The position numbers and the translations under genes are program-made. A stretch of 64,000 nt of DNA. Origin: Oikopleura dioica. Taxonomy: Eukaryota > Animalia > Chordata. Under the pieces are notes generated by a model, which was given only the letters and a program-made list of their open reading frames with translations, did not search any database and was not told where the DNA came from. The stretch is from NCBI GenBank assembly GCA_907165135.1, contig OU015569.1, forward strand, positions 5,208,001 through 5,272,000. Reading direction: 5' to 3'. Below are positions 23,143 to 35,386 of the stretch, piece after piece. The stretch's first letter is position 1; each line of letters starts with the position of its first letter.

Positions 23143-26100
23143 TTAGGTACTGTGGCTCCGCGATTTCAGCTCGTGGTTGTATCTCCAGTCGCCTTTCGCG
23201 TTTTTCGTAAAGAGTTTTTGCTGGTAAGTGATTTTGTTCTCCTCGCGGTATTTGCGCTCGTCACGCTGCTTCTGCTCCAGACGACGCTTTCCAGTTGTCG
23301 CTTTTTCGATGTCGTTGATTTTCAAATTCTGAATATTGCTGTTTAAGTCACTATACAAGTGGACTCGGTTTTTACCTCTGTAACGTCCTTCCAGAGACGC
23401 CTTGATTCTGTTGGTTCTTGCTGGCTAATACTTTTGACAAACTTTCGACTAACTGGAATTTTGCGAGTATCAACAAACTCGTTGGGGCCTCGCTTTTCAC
23501 CATTCACATTTTCAGTCCAGTGAAAGTCCGCGTTCCATTCTCCCTCGAATTCCGCAAAGGGTTTCTTTGCCTTAATAAGTTACGATGAATTCGTTTTCAT
23601 TATTCGAAGTTACGTTTGGCTCGAAGCACTGTGCGCTGACTTTATGCATCTTGCCACCAATGAAGGATTTCGTATGGAACTTGACGTCCGCACGGTAGCC
23701 AGTCGATGACGTCAGCTTCGTGTCACCACCAAGTTCCACCCAAGGTACGGTTAAAATCGACCGACAGTAGCCACACGGAAATGTCAGCTCGTAGCTTTCG
23801 TTTAGATCCAAAAGTTCTGGAAACATTTTATATTTGATTTGGTATCACGGAAGACTCACCAAGCTTCCCATTTCCGATATTCTCGACTCCTATAGACAAG
23901 CCGTGGAACTGTGATTTCGTCCAGATATGCCCACTAAACTGTATCCTTTTTTGGACATTTTCTGCGTAGAAAGCAGACACAGGAGGATGGTGGGAGACTT
24001 GCTCGGCCAGAAAGCTGACATCGTCCTCTTTCGACCAAGGAACTGGGCCTCGTTTATTCAAAGGGCTTTCTGAGTCTGGAGAGCCAGTCTTCCAAAAGCA
24101 GCGGAATGTTTCCCCAATTATAGGATTGTATGGCTAATTTCAAGTGTGACGCAGATCAATAATGTATTCACTCTACCTTTTTGGCAACAGAACCGTTTCG
24201 ACCTGCATGAAAGGAGGTCAAATACCATTTGATTACAGCAATCAATCTTTCACGCGGCGTGGGGAAAGTTGGAATCATGGAGAAAAAATCAGGATGAGCA
24301 AAGAAGTCGGAATACATTTCCAGCAGCGACCTCCGTTCCAAGATAAATGTTGGCAGTACAACTGACAGCATTATTTAAATTCCATAGCATGCAAAAATTT
24401 ACCTGTTGTGAGATCCATGCCGATTCTCACTTGCTTGATTAGGTGCAGAATGACTGACTTGTGGGCTTCAACGCCCTCCCCTTCCTTGCCCCCTCTATCA
24501 TTTTCTTCTTCCATAAATTCAACTGGCTCTTGTCCACTCATCCTAAAAATAGAGATAGCTTCTTTGACTTCAAAAGAGAGTAAGATGACGCATTTGGGTG
24601 TCAAAATTTTACGATAGGCAAAGACCCGAAATGTCACTTGCTAAATGCAGTCAGTCGAGAGTTGATTGCCCTAAATACCTTTGCGATGAAAGTGATTTCT
24701 TAAGTCTCTAGAAAGGAAAGCGGACTCGCGCCGATTCGATAAAAATCCATTGGCGTTGGGCAACCGCAAATGGTTGAACCCCTTAGGGAGTCAAGTATAT
24801 ACGACCCTGAGTAGAATTAAAAATTAACTTCATTGCCATCGTCCAGCATGTACATCTAGTGCGCTTTCACTGGCGATCGCAAAGTGACATTTATTATGAA
24901 CAATCTAGCTGTACGTGCCGTAGTTACCTCTAACCCGTTCCTCTGTGTCCGGCGTTTTATAATTTATTTATCGAATTGGTGTTACACAGAGCGACGTTTT
25001 AACGAGCTTTAGATTTCCTTTTTTATTGGTCCCGCGGATTCAGAGGGCAAAGGAGAAGATGATTTAGACAGCCCGATAATGAGGTCTCTGTTATTTTCCC
25101 GTAAAATGCGCGAACAATGAAAGTAATCACTATAAAACTTACATGACTCTATGCTCTGATACATCGTCGCAATCATGGAATTCATCGTCCGAGCTTGTCA
25201 GCGTTTCCTGATGGCTCACCGCGATTGGGCTAAAGTCGCTCATAGAATCACATTTTTTCTCTTTGACGGCAATCTCGGCAGACGAGTTATTTTTCGTCTC
25301 ATCGACTTGTTTGGACCGGTTGCTCTCTTTGCTGCTTCCAGCTGCAGCGCGCAACATAAGGGCTCCTTCGGCACCGTTTTCTATCAGACCAGATGTGAGT
25401 GTTGCTACGCAAGATCGATACGCGATAAATTAACGATTCGATTATATATGGCCTTTTGGCTTCCAGTCTACTTAAGATATTAAGGGAGTGACGAGTGATT
25501 TTAGGAATATTAGATCCTTTCCTAAAGTAGCTGCTTCCGTTGCCGATGAGTTTTGTGTTTCGATTTGAATCTTTTCTATGAGCTGCAGATATTGTTCCGC
25601 TTCTTCTATTCGGCGCTGGATGTCTCCGTTTTCATCGATGAAAAGCTTTGAAAGTATCAATTATTTGCTCTTTTCGATTTCATGAAATCAAGGAAGAATA
25701 CGAGTAGACCATAACAAAATTAGCCTTAAATTGACACTTTCCTGATTGTTCGTTTTGGAGTTTCGGATGGCGTTGTCAAGCTCTGACACCCATTTATCTC
25801 GCTCAACAATATCGGGCGCCTGAGAAAAAAATGACGTCGCAGTTCGCAATGACTGGTGATACCTGAAAGTGATAAGTGTGATCGTCCACTGTAACACTAA
25901 AGTTACAGTCCTCTTCGATGTTCAGCAATGCTTGTTCGAGTGAGAGTTGTCCACGTTTTTCACCGATTTGACGTTTTTCTTTTGAAGTATAATAGGTAAG
26001 AATGTTATCTTGAAGCACAAACCATCGCCACGCCCAGCCCCTCATTACGTTAGTCCACTATCTTTGGTTCATAAAAGTCGAACTTTAACGATAACAAACA

Positions 26101-26182
26101 TGCGAAAGGAAAGAAACTCAAACACGATTAAATTGAACCCAAATCTTGCAAAGTGGCCCCTCATGTCCCCGGTACAGGCCAT
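23143..26182 (-). CDS. OSBPL9: Oxysterol-binding protein-related protein 9
   Basis: PH domain ([14 protein letters not shown]); FFAT-like DDEFHDC; ORD with [47 protein letters not shown]. The first exon boundary is uncertain. Confidence 0.93.
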
Positions 26183-26546
26183 TCTTACGATACAAGTTCG
26201 ACCGGCTTAAAAATGGAATGCGTGTTAGTAATCGTGAGGCTGGCTGGCTTGGCTTAGTTGCAATGAATAAAACGGGTACAGTGCTAGGGTAATCAAAGAA
26301 TGAGTTAATCAGCTCATGTGATAAATTTAATAAATAAGTAATTTTGGATGAATCAAAACTGATAGGCTTTTTCACTTCCATTTTCTCCTTTCTTTGCGCA
26401 AATACAGTCAATCTATAATGATTATTCAATGAAGACAAGGCCTTTTTCTATCAAAAATATAGTGTGAGTACAAAAATATACAAGGCAGGTAACAATGTAC
26501 TAGAAAATGGAAACAGAACTGGAAATGGGGCGAAATTGAAAGTCTT

Positions 26547-28101
26547 TCAATTTCCATCTTCAAAGTAACGCTCCAGCGATACGTTCTTTTGAGGCACTAG
26601 CATGAGAGGCTTCTGGTTTTGCTTTTCATTCTCTTCGCCGTCAACCTTCAGGCATATAATAATTTATTCCTTCATTTTATTGAACTTATAAGAACCTTTA
26701 CATCCCCTGCTCCTGCTGGATCTGGCGGGTTAATTTCAGTCGCCACAACAGTTGGTCGCTCTCCATTTGCTCCGACGGGGCTATTTGGCCGCTGACTAGA
26801 ATTTAAAGTTACTATTATCGATTTTCAGGAGATAATTATGATATAAGAAGATTTTTCTTACTGGGCAGATCTCGTCCACTTGACTGGTTTAGTATAGTTG
26901 GTGCCAAGTTGAGTTGCGGAGAGCGAATAATCAATATCGCTGCGCTTTTTGAGTAGCTCCTGCACATGTGCGTAACCAGAAGGCAGTCCATCTAAATCAC
27001 TAGCAATGAATTAACAGGACACAAGCCATACTGTGGTGGCCGTAGTCGACGAGTGTGTGCGCTTCGTGTCTTCTTTGCAGACGAAGGGATTCTTGCGACT
27101 GTGAAATTCTGAAATCGTTCCATTTTCGCAAGAAATTGATTTCATTTCGCGTAACATCTTTATCATCTAAACCCAAATGTAATCATTAAAATTCGATCTC
27201 AACTTTACCTATCTGAGTTATTTTCATGACGTTGAGAATGATGTGGTCTCTGTATTTGGACATTTTAGCGATGGGGTTTCCTTTCATGTACACATAGCGC
27301 AGCTCGCGACAGTGCTCTAGCACTTTTAACTCGTTGAAGCGGGTGATATTATTGTCCTCGCAGCGGAGACTGACAAGTTTGGGCAAGAAAGCACAAAATT
27401 CTAGCGTAGCAAGGCCGTTTCCAGAGACATTCAACACTTAAATCAATGTAATCTTCACTATTTTCTGTGAATAATGTTCGCGAGAAAGATTCTACAAAAT
27501 CAGATCAAATAGTTATTTTTGAAAAATTTCTGTCCAAATTTACCTTCTAAGTTTTTCAAAGTGGAGAGAGATTCCGGCTCAAGATGCATTTTTTCTCCAG
27601 GAAAGAGCTTCTGGTTCTCGATGTGAAGCTCAAGCAAGTTGTCCAAGTTTGTGAGTCCTTCAATAACCTTTTTGAACTCTTTACGAGGGAAAAGAGGCTA
27701 TGCTTTACCTGAATTCGGTTCTTGCCAGCGTAGATCTTTTCCAGTTTGCTGAGGCGAGAGACGCTGTCCAGTTCGAAAAGGGAGTTATTTATAATGTAAA
27801 GATGCGTCAAGTTTGGCGATGTCTCAACGCCACGAAGGGATTCGATGTCGTTGTTGCGTACGTAGAGCTTGACAAGATTTTTTAACTGAGACAGGTCCCC
27901 GATGACCTTCAGCTTCATGTCGTTGCATCGCACTGTAAGTAGACGACCAAGCAAGGCTGAAAGAATCGTTTTCGATCAAATTTCGCAAAGTGCTTCAAGA
28001 TGACATAGGCATCCTGACTTACACTGATCGGACTCTTCGAATCGTCTTTCTTTTGCATACTTTTGCAGCACAAACTTGCTGTTGAGTATGTCTTTCGACA
28101 T
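26547..28101 (-). CDS. PPP1R42: Protein phosphatase 1 regulatory subunit 42 (LRRC67), LRR protein
   Basis: SDS22-like LRRs; NLTHLY..NN, KLEKIY.G.N.I.VIEGL, LELHIENQKL..GEK, GNP...KYRD. Confidence 0.85.
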
Positions 28102-28175
28102 ACTATCTGAACGTAGAAATTGTTATTTTAATGGGTTTGACAACATTGTTGGTAGGTGAGATCAGGCAGTAAAAA

Positions 28176-29336
28176 TTATCCTAGAAGAATTCTAGCTTCG
28201 ACAGATTGGGACGAGAGCGTTTCGTTCGCATAAGTTTGTAAGAGCTCAATTTTTTTCTTCCGGAGCATTGCTGCTTGGATTTCATCCTAAATACAGCGTG
28301 AAAGGGGGAACTTTGGATTAATGTCCTTGCCTGGGTAGGAACAGGAACGTGCGCAGCTCTAAAGGTTTTTTCACCCGTAGCACTTGAGACTTCTTCAATC
28401 TTTTCACTTTCGGGTTTCTTCTCGCTCGTTTCTTTTTTCTCTTTTGACTTGCTTGGATCGCCCACAGCGAGGCCGGCAAAGTTCTCGTTGACTGGATCTA
28501 GATCAGTATTTCGCGGCTCCGTTGCGTAAATGTCCTGGTCCCAGTCATCTAGAAAAAAGGTGAATATAAGAACCAAAGTGCTACAATTATCACCGTTTTT
28601 CATTGCCGCCAATTCTTTGTCCATTTCATAATTTTCGATTGCTTCTGCTCTCGCTTTCCTCTCTGCCTCAGCCTCGTGCGGGAGTACTTGGCCGTCCTCT
28701 TCGTCCATGTATCCAAAATAATGAGCGTCAACATATCTAGAAGAATTTTATATTTATTTTTTGTGAATTCGACAAAACCTCATATATTCTGCGCGAGTCT
28801 TTTTTATAGGCTTAGGCGGGTCTGGCTCAAAGAGTTCCTTAACTCCTGGCAGGTCTTTTGCCGCCCCAAAATACTTGTAACCCCGATTCCACTGTAGCTC
28901 CTTCCCGTCATTGTCCAGCATTTTGTTACTAAAAACTGTTGATAAAAGAAAAACGATTTCAAAGACAACCTGGATATATAATCTGGGCCTCCTAGCTTTT
29001 TGATTCTTTCTTCCCAATGCCTCTTTTCGCGTATCAACTTGTTGATTTCGTCGTTGAGATCTCTGAGACGGAATTCACCAAGGCCAGCGTTTTGGATTTG
29101 CGCCATTTTTTGCGAGATCTCCTGGATGATTTCACGTCGCCATCTTTTGCAACTCCTGGAGCAAACGTAATAAGAAGATCGACGGTGTCTCCCACAAACC
29201 TGACATCAGAGCATTCCTCCGCGAGAAAAGGTCGTTTTCTAACTCCGTTGTAGCGACCGCCGCTGGTTTCGGAGTCGATCTTGAGCTGACGCCATCGGGC
29301 GAGCGCCGTCATCGCCTTCTCCGAATTACGCGCCAT
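28176..29336 (-). CDS. ISY1: Pre-mRNA splicing factor ISY1
   Basis: MARNSEKAMTALARW; IQNAGLGEFRLRDLNDEINKL.REK.HWE; GYKYFGAAKDLPGVKELF; AHVPVP.Q. Confidence 0.97.
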
Positions 29337-29400
29337 TCTTGTCTAAACTCGTCATCGATTATTAATCCAAATTTACCGCATATTCTTATCTTCTTTGACT

Positions 29401-30024
29401 TTAACTCAGAGTTGGTTTAACAGTTACGGAATTAATTCTAAAAGTAGTGTAAACTTCGCGTTTGAAAGAGAGCGCCGGTTTCCGCGGTGCACGTGGATTC
29501 CGGAATCGCACGAACGGCGTCTCATTAATTCTTTTCTCCACGCATGTTCCAATCACTGAAATACTAATATATCTACTGAAAGCTGTATAAATGATACCTT
29601 CCACAATTTCACTAGATATTGTCGGTCTCCCAACAAGGGTGAAATCTGTGCTCCCAGCAGTAAGAACATGCTCGAATTTGATTTCATCACCAGCTTTACA
29701 AGGCCAATCAGCAGGAACTTCCAGCAAGTCACCATTTGTCACTCTGACTTGATTGGATTCAACGTTCAATATAGCGAAATTCGGACTATTGGAGGTCTTT
29801 ATCGCTTCGTTAATCTGTTCACAGAGCTGGGATGATTCTGCACTGGAAACAGATGCTATAAGTAGGACATGCAATTAAATATATTAACACAAGGTCATTG
29901 AAAGCGATCAAATAGAGGATGATTTTCTAAACTAATTTTTACCTGGAGGTTGTGGCTTGGCAAATCTATCGTAGTAGGAAGGAACTCTAACCGAGGCGAG
30001 TCTTTTCAAAGAAGTACGAATCAT
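29401..30024 (-). CDS. MRPL21: Mitochondrial ribosomal protein L21 (bL21m)
   Basis: Arg/Ser-rich presequence; FAI.....Q.RVT.GD; GD.I.FE.VL.AGS.DFTLVGRP; T.FRINSV. Confidence 0.88.
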
Positions 30025-30383
30025 GAATCTCCCAATCTACCAATAAATGCATTGAGTCAAAGTAAGAGAACATGATTCCTAGGAGAGAAGAAAATACAAA
30101 CGTAAAAGAATGATTAGAAGGAAAAACAAGAGCATTAAGACGATTTCGTACTGAATTAAAAATAATAACACGGTTTCGACAGTTTTGATTACTGAGACTG
30201 AATTTAGTAAGGGTTAAGTAAGGAAATTTGGCTCGATTTGAAAGAGAATAGACTTAAAGGCGAAAGAATGAATGTGTTCTTGAATGCATATCATGATTCG
30301 TGGCGAGAGGAACAGATTGAAACTGTCGATTAAGAGCGAGATGAGAGGAACTTGAAGTACAAAGCCCCGGAAAATGCAACTCA

Positions 30384-31326
30384 TCACCAGTGCATTTTTC
30401 CTTTCTTCTTCATCATCTTTTTCTGTTTTTTAAGACGTTTGCGCTCATGCTAAAAAATATATGAAAATTATCAATGTCTTATATTCCTTGAAGTGTCATT
30501 GCATAGCGAAAAAAACGCTTTTCCATTAAAAAAATAACACCCGGTGACTAAAAATATATATTTGTGAGTTTTTCGTCATGATTATTTGATTAGTTTTATA
30601 ATAACTGCAAGCAACTACATAAAGATCGTTTTATAAAGTTATTATAAAGGCTATTCTGATCAAAGAACCGCAACCTTCATAAAAGCTCTCTGCCAACGTG
30701 GATCACTCTTCAAAGAGAAAGATGGGCGCTCCCTGGGAAGTAGCTTTTACCTTTGGAAGGTGCTTCCATCCGTCATCAGAGGAACAAGATGATGAAGAGG
30801 ACGACGAGGAGCCGCGTCGATGTCTATGATGCTTGTGTGGCTTGTAGTGTCCCCCATGGCCGCCATATCCGCCCATAGGGCCTCCATATCCACCTGGTGG
30901 AGCGTGAGGTGGAGGGAGACCACCTCCAGTGTGTGATGGGTAAGGTGCGGGCGGTGCGCCTCCATATCCACCATGAGGATTGTAGTTAGGATGACCTCCT
31001 GGAGCAGGATATCCACCGCCCATAGGAGGAGGACCACCAGGATTTGGATAACCTCCATGCTGCGGAGGATATCCTCCCGGCTGACCCTGGTTAGGAGGAT
31101 ATGCTGGGTAACCTGGAGCACCACCCGGTCCACCAGGCATGCCTGGTTGTGGATACCCAGTGTTAGGAGGATACCCAGATGCCGGTGGTGCTGAAGGTTG
31201 TGCACCGGGATAACCGCCTTGGTTTTGGGGCGGATACCCACCACCCGGGGGTCCTTGGGGGTACCCACCTCCAGGTGGCCCTTGTGGCGGATAACCACCG
31301 CCGCCACCAGGATACGGGTAAGACAT
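30384..31326 (-). CDS. Gly/Pro/Tyr-rich low-complexity protein, PRR13-like
   Basis: GYPP repeats, then HKHHRHRR, a poly-Ser-DD run, and after the intron (~30449-30750) HERKRLKKQKKMMKKKGKMHW*. Confidence 0.6.
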
Positions 31327-31460
31327 TTTTTCTAAACAAATGAAACTGAATAAAGATTGATCTACAGAATTTCGTTATTGCGATAGACAGAAATGAAGAA
31401 GTTTTAGTATCAGCGTGTAATGAACTAGAAGAGGAAGCAATCGTGAATTGAATAATGGTA

Positions 31461-33060
31461 TTAGTAGTGTCTTCCTGGCTCGTAAACAATTTTCCAGTGA
31501 GTGTGATGATCGCAGCACTTATGTTTTTTCGTATCCTCTCGCTCGTCGATCCCCTTGCTTCGGTCGACAATACAAGTACGCTGCCGATCATCTGGACAAA
31601 GCCTAAAGAAGTGTGTTTTCACACCAATAAGAGATCATTTTACCGATTGTAAGTCCTATCAGGATCAAATCCCATAATTTCACGCTCTTCCTGAATTCTG
31701 AAACTGAACGTGGACTCTTTGGATCCGACAAAGTATCGACCATTGGCGCAGATTATTTGATCAATGATAGCGACTCCCCCTTTTTGAATTTTTCTCTGCT
31801 TCTGGAGTCGGTTCGTAAAAGAAAACCTAGATAATCGTCTTCATAGAAGTTAAACGTTTCTCCGACCTTATCCGCGCCAAGAAGCTTTTTCATCTCTTCC
31901 CTTTCACCTTGAACACCATCAGTAGCAATGAAGACTTTATTAACACCGTAGATTTCCATTTGCTTCTTTATTTCCTTTGCAGCGCCTTTCAACGATGGGA
32001 GCTCTTTTTTGCGAGCGTAAAGAAAGTCTTTTCTGCGCAGATGAACAGCGATATATGCGCCACCAAGTGCGTCCGGCTTTGTGATGTCCCGTTCAACGGA
32101 ATCCCACGACTCATTCCAGATATCAGTTCGATCGTCTACATCGTTAGAATCCAGAAACTGAGATCGGAACTTGGCGGCTTCTTCTCGAAGCTCTTTCAAT
32201 AAGTAATTTAGCTGTCAGTAGAGGCACAAAACGAACCTTTATTGAAAACCATCGATCGGCGTGCACTCCAGTAATCGTACTGTCCATAAAATTTGTGCAA
32301 AACGTTCTCAGCTCGATCGAGGAGAATTGACCGCGCAGTAGTATTTCCACCATTCAAAGGCTCGACAAGGACAGACGAAAATCCTTGCACCGATACGCAT
32401 TTGAAGTTTACTGCGTGCGTGGAAGGATAGCCAAAGAACCAACCTCGGTATTTTTTGTCTGATAAGGCTGGTGAGATCAAAATTCGAAAACAATACAGTA
32501 AAATGAAACCTAGCCCTGCGTCAGTTTCATAAACTGGAGCGTCAATGCAGTCGCGCTCATGAACTCTTTCAACAAAGCCGCCGTCTCCCCAACCCTCCGC
32601 GTATCGCTGTAGATACCAAACTTCGTCAATTTTGTCTTCCCCGATGGCTTCAAAGTAATCGGTAAGTTCCATCACGGGAATATAGCGATTGAGCTGGTCT
32701 ACTTCGAAAAATGTACTCCATTTGATTCTCATTTTGGTTTGATCTATGAACTCCGCATAGAAATAAGAGAAAACTGGTTCAAATTTCTAGCTTAAACCTA
32801 TTCCTCGACTGTTCCATGTCCCTCTCTTGCCAATGGTAGCCTATTCTACCCCATGGGGGCAAAACCAACGTCCAGTCATACTGACCATCTTTCCGAAGTT
32901 CTTTGACCAGATTTGCGATTCTTATATAGACGTCTCTGCGTAAGTTGAATCCTTCCCCAGGATTCGTGTCATACAACAAATAACGCTTTGGCCTGTCGCC
33001 AACCTCGGCCAATGCTACCTGCAGAAAAAACGACAATAGACAACACGGAATCGAGCGCAT
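31461..33060 (-). CDS. POFUT2: GDP-fucose protein O-fucosyltransferase 2
   Basis: Signal peptide; [21 protein letters not shown]; LVLPPWG; [13 protein letters not shown]; [15 protein letters not shown]. Confidence 0.97.
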
Positions 33061-33205
33061 TTAATTCGATCTATCTAAGAACGCCGAATTTAGATGGAAG
33101 TATGTCAGGACTCTTTTTTTGTTCAGATGTTGTTGGACAGATTAATAATACTAAAGCACAACATCTTCAGCAGAGAGTACCAAGAAGGTAACCTTGCTGC
33201 AAGGT

Positions 33206-35223
33206 TTACTCTTCAGCTGCCTTCTTTTTTTTCTTCTTTTTCTTCTTCTTCTCGGAGCTGTCAACTTCGACCTAGGGAAAATAATTTAGAAAATGCAATC
33301 GGGAAACAAAGCGTTACCTCCTGAGAGGTCTCCTCTGTCACAGCCTCAGCCTCGGCCTCCTCGCTTGCCGCTTCCTTCGACTTCTTCTTCTTTTTTTTCT
33401 TTTTGACCTAGACAGGCCATAATTTTTTCTGGAAGAACTATTTACTTACCTCGGTCGAATCGGTCTCGGGCTCGACGGAAGCTTCCTCAGCCTCCTCACT
33501 CGCTTCCTCCTTTACTTTCTTCTTCTTCTTTTTCTTTTTGGGAGTTTCCTCCGTAACTTCTTCTGAGGCCTCCTTCATCAGAGTTAGATTTAGAAGCTTA
33601 ATAAAAGAGATACCTCGGATGGTTCTTCTTTGACCTTATCCTTCTTCTTTTTCTTCTTCTTGGAAGGAGTTTCCGAGGTGTCGACGTCGTCGACGGCTTC
33701 GATCTTTCGCTTAGTAGGAGCGAGCTCTGCCTTCTAATAATGCTTTTAAGAAATGATTTTGAAATAACTTATTATACCTCCTCGTCTTCTGGCTGGGCTT
33801 TCTTGACGGCTTCCATAGCCTCCTTCATAACGTCGATGTTCTTTCGTGGTACATCTCCGTCCTCATACATTTTGAGTCGCTCTTCGACCTGTTCTTTGAG
33901 CTTGTCTCCGAAGATGTTGTTGGGATTTTCGGAGAAGGCGTCAATACGAGACGCAATGGAACATTTGTTGGCAAGGAATCGGGAAATTCGACCTAAATCA
34001 TGTCAAACTCTCGTTGAGTGAAGTTGACTTTACCCTTGTTTTTGGCAGTGGCTCGACCAATAAAGGTAGAGTGGAAAAGAAGACCGTACTTGGGAGTATT
34101 TCCCTTTGTTTTGAGGGCTCGGAAAAGAGCCTTCTCAGCACCGAGAATTTGGACAGTAGAGGCGGGATACTGAAGAAATGAATAAAACAGCTTAGATCAA
34201 CCTTTTTTACCTTGGCAAGTTTGGTCAAAGAGCCAGCGTGGGAGATAAGTCGAGCGCCGACGACGTCGCCGATAAGAGCGGCAAGTGATGGAGCGACGTT
34301 GCTCATCTTGTCACTGAGGTACTGCTGGAGCTTCTTTCGGTAGTCAGCGAGGCTGATAACCTTTTTGGCGAAGATCTCGATGTTGATCAGATCAAATTCG
34401 GAAATGTCCATTCCCATGGAAGCTCGAGCACAGTCGCAGATGGCCTGCGTCTTTGCAGTGTCCATGACGACTTTTTCGATGGATTCAACAAGCTCGTCAC
34501 TTGGGTTGGTAAGGTTCTTTCGCATTTTGATGAGACCGATCAGTTGACAGTACTGATAGTTGTCGTTGACGAGACGAACCATCTCTGGGAAGTGGTAGCC
34601 GTACCACTCGCGCACTCGCATGGCAAAGGTGTTGATATCCTTGTCGAGCTGGTCGATAAGAGCGATGGCCTACGTTGATATCTAACACAAGAATTGCATT
34701 TTTGATATTTACCTGGATGACCATGTTGTCCATTCGATTGACGTTGAACTTGACCTTGGTTCGTGAGTAAGAGTGCGAGAGACCAAGCTGGGCGCCGCCT
34801 TCTTTTTCAGATTCAAAGGCTTGATCAACTTGTCGATGTTCTGTCGAACGCCTCGACAGACTTCAAGGACAATGTCGCCTCCAGCAACGCTCATGTCAAG
34901 CTCTTCCTTGACGACCTGAAGGAGTCGCTGGTCATTGATACCGACAGACTGACCCTTCGGGACATTGTTGACGAGGAATTTTTCAAGTCAGCGTGGATAA
35001 GACCTAATCGATGGTGAATAAGAGACGATTTTTGATGATTACCTTCAGAGATAGCATTCATGTTATCCAGGGCAATTGCCGCGGATGTGAAGGGCTGGAA
35101 AGCCTTCAGCTTTACAAGCTGGCTGAAGCTAGCCCAGTCGTTGGCATTGAGCTCGCTGATGTCATCGGTTTGCTCACAGTGAACAAGGACGTAGCCCGAT
35201 GCATGTTCGAATAATACGAACAT
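33206..35223 (-). CDS. NOP56: Nucleolar protein 56 (box C/D snoRNP)
   Basis: LFEHASGY; [22 protein letters not shown]; [13 protein letters not shown]; [34 protein letters not shown]; KKE tail. Two single-base indels in exon 2, probably assembly errors. Confidence 0.96.
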
Positions 35224-35386
35224 TGTCTGAAAGATTCATCAGTCAACAAGAGTACTTTTGTTTGGAGTTATATTGCAAGTACTTTGAATTTGACATATTG
35301 AGATGAAATATTGCAAGGATGAAAGAAAATACGAAAATACGAGAGGTTAAGAAGCAAGGTGTTTTAACAGTTATAAATATATAAAA

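Noticed and set aside
26059-26150. Possible AT- or CT-donor introns in the first exons of OSBPL9 and EIF4H (best fit by homology)
   Set aside because: In-frame GT donors exist six bases downstream; cannot be decided without cDNA.
30747-31307. Long alternative-frame ORF overlapping the GYP-rich gene
   Set aside because: GC-rich low-complexity codons suppress stops; no independent evidence.
34800-34990. Two frameshifts in NOP56 exon 2, suggesting a pseudogene or programmed frameshifting
   Set aside because: Each is fixed by adding one base at a short A/T run in an otherwise intact essential gene; most likely long-read assembly error.
33206-35223. Intronic snoRNAs expected in NOP56
   Set aside because: Introns are ~40-50 nt, too short, and no box C/D pair with a terminal stem was seen.
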